Shown piece after piece: positions 16,458 through 25,260 of a stretch of 64,000 bases of DNA; the first letter of the stretch is position 1, and each line of letters begins with the position of its first letter. Below the pieces are notes generated by a model. That model worked only from the letters and a program-made list of their open reading frames with translations. It ran no database searches and was not told the origin of the DNA. This stretch comes from Thermoanaerobaculia bacterium (GTDB lineage: Bacteria > Acidobacteriota > Thermoanaerobaculia > Multivoradales > UBA5704). The position numbers and the translations under genes were made by a program. The stretch covers positions 13,775-77,774 of the forward strand of contig JBGAGQ010000026.1 in the NCBI GenBank assembly GCA_044226625.1. Direction: 5' to 3'.

Positions 16458-18655
16458 GGCGCGAAGCGCCCTCCGAGCCGGCGCACCAGCTCGACCAGCT
16501 CCCCGGCGTCGAGGCTCTGCTTGGCGAGATAGGCGTCGGCGCCCGCCTGGAGGCCGCGCAGGCGGTCCTCCGAGCGGTCGCGGGTGGAGACCACGACGAC
16601 CGGCAGGTGGGCGAAATGCTCGAGCGAGCGGATCTTCGCCGTCAGCTCGAGGCCGCTCATCCCCGGCATCTCGATGTCGGTGACCACGCAGTCGAACGGC
16701 TCCTCGCCCAGGCGGGTGAGCGCCTCGAACGCGTCGGCCACCGCGCGCACGGCGAAGCCCGCGTCCTCGAGCAGGCGGCGCTCCATCTCGCGCGTGACCA
16801 GCGAGTCGTCGACCAGCAGCACGCGCACCCGCCGCAGCGACGGCGCGGGGCGCGACACCACGGGTTGATGCGCGAGGCTCCGCTCGGCCAGGGCACCCGG
16901 GGCGAGCACGCCGATCGGCTCGCCGGAGGCGAGGAGCGCGACCCCCTCGATCGCCGGGTCGGCCGCGGCGGCGCGCGCGAGCGGGCGGACCAGGACCTCC
17001 TCCTCCCCCAGCACGTCGTCGACCGAAACCGCGAACGGCTGGCCGGAGGCCATCCCCTCGACCAGCAGGCGCCCCTCCGAATCGGCCCGCCCGCAGAGCC
17101 GCCCGAGCGGCACGAAATGCACCAGCCGCTCGGCGGCGCCCTTGGCTGCGACCCGCGCGATCAGCCGGCCGTCCCGGTCGATCGCCTGCGCGGGATCGAT
17201 GCGCGAGGTGCGGCGCGCGGAGCTTGCGGGGAGCCCCAGCTTCAGGCCGCCGACCCGGAGGATCAGGATCGCCTCGCCGCGGCGCGCGACGGGGACCACG
17301 ATCTCCACGCGGGTCCCCTGGCCGGGGGCGGAATGGAAGAAGACCTCGCCCCCCGCGCGGCCGGCCGCGGTCGAGACGACGTCGAGGCCGACGCCGCGGC
17401 CGGAGACGTCGGAGACCGCGTCGCGGGTGGAGAACCCGGGGACGAACAGAAAGCGCCAGGTCGCCTCGGGCGAGAGGGTCCGCGCCTCCGCTTCGGCGAT
17501 CAGGCCCGCGGCGACGGCGCGCTCGCGCACGGCGCGCGGATCGGCGCCCGCTCCGTCGTCCTCGATCGCGAGCCGCACCTTCGCCGCTTCGGCGCGCGCG
17601 GCGATGCGCAGCCGGCCGATCGGCGGCTTGCCGGCGGCGGCGCGCCCCTCCGGCCGCTCGATTCCGTGGTCGACCGCGTTCCGCACAAGGTGGATCAGCG
17701 CGTCGTCGAGCTCGCGGACGATCCGGCGGTCGAGCCGCACCTCCTCGCCCGTCACCTCGACGTCGATCTCCCGCCCGAGCGAGCGGCCGAGCTCACGCGC
17801 CGAGCGGGCGAGCGACTGGAGCTTGTCGCGCAGCGGCTGGAGCTGCAGGGCGAGGACGCGGTCGATCTGCTCGTCCGCCGTCCGCACCAGCCGCCGCTCG
17901 CGCCCCTCGACCTCGATCGCGAGGCGCCGGAGCATCGTGGCGAGCCCCGCGAGCACCTGCGTCGGCTGCGGCTCGCGGAGGCCCCCTTCGGCGAGCTGCG
18001 CGAGCTCGTAGAGGCGGTCGATCACCGGCCGGACGCCGAGCGCGAGGAGCCGGACCTGCGTGGCGCGCTCGGCGAGCGCGTCGAGCGAGCCGGCCTCGAG
18101 CCGGAGCTCCGCGCCGCGCCGCTCGGCCGCGGGGGCCGGGGCGGAAAGCGCGGCCGCCGGAGCGGGCCGAGTGGGCTCGGGGCTCGCGCGATCGGCGCCG
18201 TTGCGATCCGAGGGAGCGGGCTCCGGCTCGGCGTCCGAAGGCGTCGCCGGTGCCGGCGGGGAGACGGCCGCGGCCGGCTCGTGCGCCAGCGTCGACCCGG
18301 ACTCCGGCGCCTCGTGGGCTTCGAGCAGGGCGAGCAGCTCTTCGTCGCGCGCGGGGTCGAAGCCGTCGGCCACCTGCTCGACCATCGCGGAGAGCCGGTC
18401 GGCCACGCGCACCATCCGCCGGCCGAGGCCCGTCCGCGGCTCGGCGATCAGCTCCTCGGCGGCGTGGCAAAGCTCGGAGAGCGGGCCGATCTGCAGCATC
18501 CGCCCGGCGCCTTTGAGCGTGTGCAGCTCTCGCCGGGCCTCGACGAGCGCCGCGGGATCGTCGTCCAGGCGCCCCAGGACGGCCGAGAGGCGGGCGAGCC
18601 GGTCGCGCGCCTCCTCGGCGAACAGGGGAACGAGGTCGGCAAACTCCGGATCCAA
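16454..18655 (-). CDS. cheA: Hybrid CheA kinase (Hpt-HATPase-CheW-REC, WspE-like)
   Basis: RELHTLKG, HLVRNAVDHGIE, DDGAG, PGFST...SGRGVGLDVV; C-terminal REC (LVDDS, TDIEMP). Confidence 0.95.
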   Translation of the reverse strand: MDPEFADLVPLFAEEARDRLARLSAVLGRLDDDPAALVEARRELHTLKGAGRMLQIGPLSELCHAAEELIAEPRTGLGRRMVRVADRLSAMVEQVADGFDPARDEELLALLEAHEAPESGSTLAHEPAAAVSPPAPATPSDAEPEPAPSDRNGADRASPEPTRPAPAAALSAPAPAAERRGAELRLEAGSLDALAERATQVRLLALGVRPVIDRLYELAQLAEGGLREPQPTQVLAGLATMLRRLAIEVEGRERRLVRTADEQIDRVLALQLQPLRDKLQSLARSARELGRSLGREIDVEVTGEEVRLDRRIVRELDDALIHLVRNAVDHGIERPEGRAAAGKPPIGRLRIAARAEAAKVRLAIEDDGAGADPRAVRERAVAAGLIAEAEARTLSPEATWRFLFVPGFSTRDAVSDVSGRGVGLDVVSTAAGRAGGEVFFHSAPGQGTRVEIVVPVARRGEAILILRVGGLKLGLPASSARRTSRIDPAQAIDRDGRLIARVAAKGAAERLVHFVPLGRLCGRADSEGRLLVEGMASGQPFAVSVDDVLGEEEVLVRPLARAAAADPAIEGVALLASGEPIGVLAPGALAERSLAHQPVVSRPAPSLRRVRVLLVDDSLVTREMERRLLEDAGFAVRAVADAFEALTRLGEEPFDCVVTDIEMPGMSGLELTAKIRSLEHFAHLPVVVVSTRDRSEDRLRGLQAGADAYLAKQSLDAGELVELVRRLGGRFAP

Positions 18656-18671
18656 AAGACCCCCCCGGGGC

Positions 18672-20324
18672 TTAGATCTTGGTCCAGCTGTTGATGTTGA
18701 TGTCGAAGGCGAGGATGCCGACGAGGCGGCCCTCCTCGTACACCGGCGCGGCGACGGTGAAGATCGGCTCGCCCGAGATCAACGACGGATAGACGGCGGT
18801 GATCACCGCCCGCCCGGCTTTGACCGCCGCCTTGAACCAGGGGCGATCCGCGAAGCCCGTTCCCTTCCAGACCGACTCCGGCACCTCGCGGCTGCCCAGG
18901 AGGTCGTAGTTCGCCGCCGACGAGAGCTGGCCGGCCACGTCGTCGGTGAAGTAGAGGAACTCGATGTAGCCGCGCTCCTTGAGCAGCTCGGGGAGCAGGC
19001 GGTCGATCGCCTCCCAGTTGCCGGAGCGGCGCGCGACTTCGAGCGCCCACTCCTCCGCGGCGTGCTTGAGCGAATGGGGCGTTTCGAGGTGGAACGACTG
19101 GGCGAGCATCTGGATCTGGAGGCCGAGGTGATTCAGGCGGTCGGCGGTCGAGGTGAACTGCTTCAAACCGTCGGCCATGCGCTGGACCACCTGGCTCACC
19201 TCTTTGAGCGTCAGCACCACCTGGTCCGAGGCGGCGTTCTGCTGTTGGGTGGCGAGCGAGATCTCGCGCGCCACGCGCGCCGTGTCGCCGGAGGCGCGGC
19301 GCAGCTCGTCGATCGCCGAGGCCGCCGAGCGCGCCCGCTCGAGCACGCGGCTCGCCTCCTTGCTCCCCTCCTCGGTCGCCACCACGGTCGCGCGGATCGA
19401 GCCCGCGAACTCGTCCAACAGGGCGCGCACCGACTCGACCGACTCCTGCGACCGCTGGGCGAGCCGGCGCACCTCTTCGGCCACCACCGAGAAGCGGCGC
19501 CCGTGCTCCCCCGCCGCCGCCGCCTCGATCGCCGCGTTGAGCGAGAGGATGTGGGTCTCCTGGGAGATCTCGGTGATCAGGTCGAGCACGCGGTAGATCT
19601 CTTTCGAGCGCGCGCCGAGCGAGTCGGCGCGATCGGCGATGCCGCTGATGCGCTTCTTGACCTCTTCCACCCCGGCGACCGCCTCTTCGACCGCCGCCGC
19701 GCCGACGTCGCCGCTCTCCTCGGCGCGCTGGGCGAGGTCCGCCTGGCTCGCGGCGTTCTCGGCGATCTGGAACGCGGTGCGCGCGAGCTCCTCCATCGCG
19801 GCGGTGATCTCGACCACCGAGGCCGCCTGCTCGGAGGAGCCGGACGCCAGCTCGGAAGCGATCTGGTTCACGCCGCTCGCGGCGCCCGCCACCTCGATCG
19901 AGCTCGACTGGATCTGCTGGGCGAGCACGCCGAGCGCCGCCGTCGCGCGCTCGAACGCGGGGGCGAGGTCGCCGGGCAGGTTGTGGCCGCGGGCGGTGCA
20001 GCGCACGAGATCGCCCGCGCTCAGGTGCTCGAGCGCTTCGACCAGAACCGTCTCGGCCTCGGCGCGCGAGCGCCGCTCGGCCTGCGCGTAGGCGGCGAGC
20101 CGGCGCTCCGCCGGGACGACCACCCCGATCTGCACCGCGACCGTCACCAGCGCGACGAGCAGGAACGCCTCGAACAGCCATCCGGGCGCGCCGTGCGCCT
20201 CGGCGTAGAGCAGGAGGACGAAGCCGGCGAGGAGGATCGCGCCCAAGAGGACGAGGCCGAGGCGGGAGCCGCTCAAGCCCCGCGCGGTCGAACCGTTCGG
20301 CGAATCGAAGCTCGGATCAGGCAT
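18672..20324 (-). CDS. Methyl-accepting chemotaxis protein with C-terminal Cache/PDC-like domain
   Basis: Two closely spaced TM helices, hairpin ILSLNAAIEAAAAGEHGRRFSVVAEEVRRLA, tail FADRPWF...ITAVY.S......FTVAAPV...GILAFD. Confidence 0.92.
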   Translation of the reverse strand: MPDPSFDSPNGSTARGLSGSRLGLVLLGAILLAGFVLLLYAEAHGAPGWLFEAFLLVALVTVAVQIGVVVPAERRLAAYAQAERRSRAEAETVLVEALEHLSAGDLVRCTARGHNLPGDLAPAFERATAALGVLAQQIQSSSIEVAGAASGVNQIASELASGSSEQAASVVEITAAMEELARTAFQIAENAASQADLAQRAEESGDVGAAAVEEAVAGVEEVKKRISGIADRADSLGARSKEIYRVLDLITEISQETHILSLNAAIEAAAAGEHGRRFSVVAEEVRRLAQRSQESVESVRALLDEFAGSIRATVVATEEGSKEASRVLERARSAASAIDELRRASGDTARVAREISLATQQQNAASDQVVLTLKEVSQVVQRMADGLKQFTSTADRLNHLGLQIQMLAQSFHLETPHSLKHAAEEWALEVARRSGNWEAIDRLLPELLKERGYIEFLYFTDDVAGQLSSAANYDLLGSREVPESVWKGTGFADRPWFKAAVKAGRAVITAVYPSLISGEPIFTVAAPVYEEGRLVGILAFDININSWTKI

Positions 20325-20664
20325 CGGACCCTCCAGAGACGACCAGGGGATGGGGCGGACGGACGGGGTCGAGCAGGACGACCGGGCGCCCCGAGTAGAG
20401 CGCCCAGCCGAGACAGGCCTCGGGCCAGAAGCGGTGGACGGCCGGCGAGAGCGGGCGGACGGCGAGGTTTTCGACGACCCCTTCCACCCGGTCCGCGGCG
20501 AGCGCGCGCGGGCCTTCGGCGTGCGAGAGCTCGATGCGCAGTTTCTCCTCCGGATCGGCGCCCTCGTCGCTCGAGCGGCCGGGGCCGATCCGCAGCACGC
20601 GGCCGCTCTCGATCCCCCAGAGGCCGCCGCCGCGATGGAACAGGAGATAGGAGGCGGCGGCCAT
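20317..20664 (-). CDS. cheW: CheW-like adaptor (short)
   Basis: YLLF..GG..WGI...V, LAADRVEGV and G.PVVLLDP motifs; lies within the che operon. Confidence 0.75.
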   Translation of the reverse strand: MAAASYLLFHRGGGLWGIESGRVLRIGPGRSSDEGADPEEKLRIELSHAEGPRALAADRVEGVVENLAVRPLSPAVHRFWPEACLGWALYSGRPVVLLDPVRPPHPLVVSGGSDA

Positions 20665-21107
20665 CAGCCGTCTCCCAACCGGTCGGGATCGAGCACGCGC
20701 ACCAGTTGATCGGCGACCAACGCCTCGCCGACCAGGAAGCCGGCGGTCGGCAGGAGCGACGCGCCGGAGAGGTCGACCACCTCGAGCGCCTCGTCCGCGG
20801 CGAGGCCGATCGCCTCGCGTCCGTCGGCGGTGCGCGACCAGACGACGACGGTGACCGGGAACAGCGGATGCGGGCCGATCGGCGCGTTGATCAACCGGGC
20901 GAGGTCGAGCACCGGCAACGGCTCGCCGGCGAACTCGGCGAGGCCGGCGAGCTCCGGACGCGCGCCCGGCAGCGGATGGACCGAGAGCGCGCGCACGACG
21001 CGCCGCACCGCGCCGACCGGCAGGGCGCAGATCTGCTCCCCCACCCGGACGAGCAGATGTCCGGTGCGCCGCTCCGCCGGGCTCGCTGTCTCTTTCGCTC
21101 CGTCCAT
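20664..21107 (-). CDS. cheW: CheW adaptor
   Basis: ALPV..VRRV, PLPGA...LAGL....GEPLPVLDL, IGLAAD. Start reassigned to ATG 21107 because the longer ORF overlaps the MCP gene. Confidence 0.88.
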   Translation of the reverse strand: MDGAKETASPAERRTGHLLVRVGEQICALPVGAVRRVVRALSVHPLPGARPELAGLAEFAGEPLPVLDLARLINAPIGPHPLFPVTVVVWSRTADGREAIGLAADEALEVVDLSGASLLPTAGFLVGEALVADQLVRVLDPDRLGDG

Positions 21108-21153
21108 CGCTTTGCGCTTCGCGCCTCTCCCAGCAACCGCCCCTCGGCCCGCC

Positions 21154-23022
21154 TCAGCCCGCGTCGCCGATCCTCGTCCACTGATGGACGTCCACGTCGA
21201 CGCCGAGCACCGATGCGAGCGAGCCTTCCGCGTCGAAGGAAGGGACGGCCACGGTAAAACAGGTCCTGCCGTTGACCGAGACGTAGGGCGCGGTGAGGAC
21301 CGTCCGCCCGTGCGCGAGAACGGCGCGGAACCAGGGGCGGGCGGACAGGTCGCGCTGCGCCGACTCCGCTCCCCTCGCGCTTCGATCTCCTTCTGCCGCG
21401 GCGCCGTCACCGGCCGCTCTTCGTCTCGAGCCGAGGGCGAGAGCATATCCCTTCGCGTCGACGAGATACGCATCGTCGAGGTAGCCCGCGGAGGTCAGCA
21501 ATCCATCGAGCGCTCCCTGGATCTCGGCCGCCTCGCCGGCGCCTCCCTCGCGGGCCGGCTCCCGCGTCGATGAGCGCGCCGGAAGACCGAGCCGCGCGAC
21601 CCCTTCCGCCCAACCTTCCGCCAAATGGATCAGCGAGGTCGGCGAATCGCGCCGCACGCCCTGGGCGAGCAGCTCGACGCCGAGCACGAGGCGCTCGAGC
21701 CGCCGCTGCGTCCGCTCGAGCGCCGCGAGCGCCGAGGAGGTCCGATCGACCACGCTGCCCACGTCGCGCAGGGTCGCGACGACCTCGTCCGACGCGCTGT
21801 CCTGCTCGCGCGTCGCGGCCCGGATCGCCTCGGCCCGCACGGACGTCTCGCTCCCCACCGCGCGCAGCTCGGCGACCGCCACGGCCGCGCGCTCCGCCGA
21901 GCCGAGCACCCGCCGGGTCTCTTTCGCCCCTTCTTCCGTCGCCACCACGGTGCCGCGGATCGAGGCGGAGAACTCGTCGAGCAGGGCGCGCACCGAGGTG
22001 ACCGAATCGCGCGAGCGGCTGGCGAGCCGGCGCACCTCCTCGGCGACCACGGCGATCCGCCGCCCTTCCGATCCCGCCGCCGCCGCTTCGATCGCCGCGT
22101 TGAGCGACAGCACGTGGGTCTCCTGGGCGATCTCGGCGATCAGGTCGAGGACGCGGTAGATCTCTTTCGACCGCGCGCCGAGCGCGTCGGTCCGCTCGGC
22201 GATCGCGGCGATGCGCACCTCGACCTCGATCACCCCGCCCACCGCCTCGACCAGCGCGTCCTCGCCGATCGCGCCGCGCCGCTCGACGTGCGCCGCGAGG
22301 TCGGCCTGGGCGATCGCCCGCTCCGAGATGCCGGACGCCGTGCGCGCCAGCTCCTCCATCGCGGCGGTGATCTCGGCGACCGAGGCCGAGAGCTCGGTGG
22401 ACGACGAGGCGAGCTCGGCGGTCATCCGCGCCATCCCGTCGGCCGCCGACGCCATCTCGCCGTTGGCGCCGCGCAACTGCTCGGCGAGCGCCGAGAGCCC
22501 CACGGTCGCGGTCGCCACGGCGCCGCGCACCGCCGCGGACAGCTCTGGCCGCTCGCGCGCGGCGGCGACCATGTCGCCGGCGCGCAGGTCGGCGAGCACC
22601 CGCCGCTCGGCGGCCTGAACCGCGCCGGACGAGGCGCCGTCGGCGGCCGCCCGGCGGGCCGCGAGCATCGCGCGCGAGGAGGCCAGCGCGAGCGCCGCGG
22701 CGGACGCGAGGGCGAACAGCGCGAGGGGGCCGAAGGGGGCGCCCGAGCGCACGCCGAGCGCGAGCAGCAGCACCCCCGCGGCCGACGCCGCGGCGAGCGG
22801 CGCGACGAAGCCCACGGCGCCGAGCGGGGGGCGCGCCGAGTGCCGGACGGCGGGCGCGCTCAAGTGGGGCTCGATCGATGGCAGATCCGTCTCCCTATGC
22901 GACGGCCCCTCGCGGGGCCGAATCAAACTCGCCGCGCGCTCGCCACGCGCTGGCGCGGCGGACGCTCGAGAAGAAAGGCGCGCAAATTCGTGCGGGGCGC
23001 ACCCTCTATGGTGTCTCCACAC
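21154..23022 (-). CDS. Second MCP with C-terminal Cache/PDC-like domain
   Basis: Paralogue of 18672..20324; VLSLNAAIEAAAAG..GRR.AVVAEEVRRLA; tail DLSARPWF....TAPYVS...TCFTVAVP. True start is probably downstream of 23022. Confidence 0.88.
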   Translation of the reverse strand: MWRHHRGCAPHEFARLSSRASAAPARGERAASLIRPREGPSHRETDLPSIEPHLSAPAVRHSARPPLGAVGFVAPLAAASAAGVLLLALGVRSGAPFGPLALFALASAAALALASSRAMLAARRAAADGASSGAVQAAERRVLADLRAGDMVAAARERPELSAAVRGAVATATVGLSALAEQLRGANGEMASAADGMARMTAELASSSTELSASVAEITAAMEELARTASGISERAIAQADLAAHVERRGAIGEDALVEAVGGVIEVEVRIAAIAERTDALGARSKEIYRVLDLIAEIAQETHVLSLNAAIEAAAAGSEGRRIAVVAEEVRRLASRSRDSVTSVRALLDEFSASIRGTVVATEEGAKETRRVLGSAERAAVAVAELRAVGSETSVRAEAIRAATREQDSASDEVVATLRDVGSVVDRTSSALAALERTQRRLERLVLGVELLAQGVRRDSPTSLIHLAEGWAEGVARLGLPARSSTREPAREGGAGEAAEIQGALDGLLTSAGYLDDAYLVDAKGYALALGSRRRAAGDGAAAEGDRSARGAESAQRDLSARPWFRAVLAHGRTVLTAPYVSVNGRTCFTVAVPSFDAEGSLASVLGVDVDVHQWTRIGDAG

Positions 23023-23060
23023 GCCGATTCGGAGCCGCGCCGCGCGAAAGCGTCGTCGTC

Positions 23061-23089
23061 TTGACCCAAAAGATGCGACGTTATACTTT
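23061..23089 (+). promoter_or_regulatory. sigma70-like promoter
   Basis: TTGACC-N17-TACTTT, with an overlapping TATACT, upstream of the FadL-like gene. Confidence 0.45.
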
Positions 23090-23211
23090 CGCGCGCCCCC
23101 TACGAACGCAAGTGGGAAGGAAGTGAATTGCTCGACCCCTGGAGAGGCGCCGGATCGGCGGCGCGTCCCCGTTTTCGCTCGACGAACTATTTCGTTTCTT
23201 GCGGAGGAGAA

Positions 23212-24561
23212 ATGCCCGAACGTAGCCTCGGTGCCGCTCGTCGTCCCGCCACGCCGTCACGACCTCTCCACGTCTTCGCCTGGATCGCGACCGCCTCGAT
23301 CCTCGCGGCGCTGCCCGCCGCGGCGGGCAACGGCCACTTCCTGCATGGCGTGGGCGCCGTCAACAGCGCTCTCGGCGGCGCGGGCGTGGCGTTCCCCAAC
23401 GACGCGCTGGGCGCGCTCAGCTTGAACCCGTCGCTGCTCGGCCGCCTCGACGGCTACCAGTTCCAGTTCAGCCTCGAGAACGTCGATCAGCAGAACGCGG
23501 TCGAAAGCCGGGTGGGACCGTTCGCCGGACGCACCGAAGACGAAGGGGACGACGCCGCGGTGCCGGCGTTCGGCTGGACCCATCACAAGCAGGACAGCCG
23601 CTTCGCGTTCGGCATGGGCTTCCTCGGGCTCGCCGGCTTCAGCGTCGACTACCCGCAGGATTCGACGAACCCGATCCTCGCGCCGCAGCCGCAGGGCTTC
23701 GGCCGCCTCTATTCGAGCTATCAGTACCTGAAGATCCCGTTCGCCGTCGCGTACCGCGCGACCGATCGGCTGTCGCTCGGCGCCTCGTTGAACCTCGCCC
23801 GCGCGACGCTCGCCGGCGACCCGGTGGGCTTCGCGGCGCCCGATTGCTCGCCGAGCCCGCGCGGCCTGATCTGCTATTTCCCGCGCGTCGACTCCGACAG
23901 CGCGATGGGCCACGGGCTGCAAGTCGGCCTGCACTACCAGGCGACCTCGACGTTCGCGGTCGGCGCCTCCTACTCGACCGAGACGAAGTTCGAAGACTTC
24001 GAGTGGAACTCCGCGCACGCCAACCCGAACCTGCCGAACTTCGGCACCGCGCGCAAGATCAAGTTCGAGCTCGGCGGACCGGCGATCGCCGCGGCCGGCA
24101 TCTCCTGGACTCCCACACCGAAGCTCGGCGTGGCTCTCGATGCGAAGCGGATCTTCTACTCCTCGACGCCGGGCTTCGGCGACTCGGGGATCAATCCGAC
24201 GACGGGCGCGATCCGCGGTCCGGGCTGGGAGGACATCGACGTCTTCGCGCTCGGCCTCCAGTATCAGGCGACGCCGAAGCTCACGCTGCGCGGCGGCTAC
24301 AACAAGGCCGACAACCCGATCCCGGATGCGCAGACGTTCTTCAGCCTGTTCGCCCCGGGGCTGTTCCAGGATCACGCGACCGCCGGCCTCGGCTATCAGG
24401 TCGGCGAGCGCCTGCGCCTCGATCTCGCCTACTACAAGGCGTTCAACAACGACGCCACGGGCCCGCTGTTCACGCTGTCCGGCCCGGTGCCGGGCGCCTC
24501 GGTCAGCCAAGAGATCGCGCTCGAATCCCTCCTGCTCACCCTCTCGTTTCACCTCGATTGA
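23212..24561 (+). CDS. OmpP1/FadL-family outer-membrane transporter
   Basis: Signal peptide, GG AGVA..NDA.....NP hatch motif, beta-strand pattern, LRGGY. GGAGGAG RBS before ATG 23212. Confidence 0.88.
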   Translation: MPERSLGAARRPATPSRPLHVFAWIATASILAALPAAAGNGHFLHGVGAVNSALGGAGVAFPNDALGALSLNPSLLGRLDGYQFQFSLENVDQQNAVESRVGPFAGRTEDEGDDAAVPAFGWTHHKQDSRFAFGMGFLGLAGFSVDYPQDSTNPILAPQPQGFGRLYSSYQYLKIPFAVAYRATDRLSLGASLNLARATLAGDPVGFAAPDCSPSPRGLICYFPRVDSDSAMGHGLQVGLHYQATSTFAVGASYSTETKFEDFEWNSAHANPNLPNFGTARKIKFELGGPAIAAAGISWTPTPKLGVALDAKRIFYSSTPGFGDSGINPTTGAIRGPGWEDIDVFALGLQYQATPKLTLRGGYNKADNPIPDAQTFFSLFAPGLFQDHATAGLGYQVGERLRLDLAYYKAFNNDATGPLFTLSGPVPGASVSQEIALESLLLTLSFHLD

Positions 24562-24630
24562 CGCACCGAGTAGTATGAGTGGACATCCGGAAGGCCCCTC
24601 GCGGCCTTCCGGCTCCGCTTCTTCGAGCCG

Positions 24631-25035
24631 ATGCCGCAAATTCTAGAGAAGTCCTTCGGGTACGAGTTGGTCTTCGAGAGCAACGTCGACCGCGACCTCG
24701 CGCGGAAGATGCTCGAGAACCTGCGCCGGACGCTGCGGCCGCGCGCCGGCGGGTTCGGAGTGCTCGTCGACCTGCGCGCCACCCGTTCGTTCACCGCCGA
24801 GGCGCAGGAGCTGGTCAAGCAGACGATCCTGATCTGCCGCGAGGCCGGTATGGGAAGGAACGCGGTCGTCACCCACAGCGCGATCGCGGGCCTGCAGGCG
24901 CGACGCATGGTGAAGGAAACCGGGATCGCGCCCGACCTGCGGTACATAGACGCCGCGAGCCGAGCCGACTGGCGCGACGTCGCCGTCGCTTGGCTGGTCG
25001 ACGGCACCGAGCCCGACTCGATCGCCATGGATTGA
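24631..25035 (+). CDS. STAS/SEC14-like small protein
   Basis: FGVLVDLR and terminal A.AWL pattern with alpha/beta alternation. Confidence 0.55.
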   Translation: MPQILEKSFGYELVFESNVDRDLARKMLENLRRTLRPRAGGFGVLVDLRATRSFTAEAQELVKQTILICREAGMGRNAVVTHSAIAGLQARRMVKETGIAPDLRYIDAASRADWRDVAVAWLVDGTEPDSIAMD

Positions 25036-25260
25036 TCGAACCGCGGGCTCCCGCCCGCGGTTCGTCGGCAGTCTCGATCCCCGAGCACGATCCGTCCCTC
25101 GGAACGGCGCGCCGCTCGCCCCCGAGATCGCGCATCTCGCCCCACTCTCCACCCCCTCCCAAAATTCCTCAAGGATTTTTGCCACGCTGGGAAGCCCAGC
25201 CGTACCTCTCCTTTATAGATACGAGCGTATTTCGCTCACTCTCAATCTTGGGAGGTTCTC

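Noticed and set aside
12234-23064. Very long alternative-frame and antisense ORFs (e.g. 12234..14930, 13888..16272, 18060..21257)
   Set aside because: Arg/Pro/Ala-rich shadow ORFs expected in high-GC DNA; they overlap well-supported che genes.
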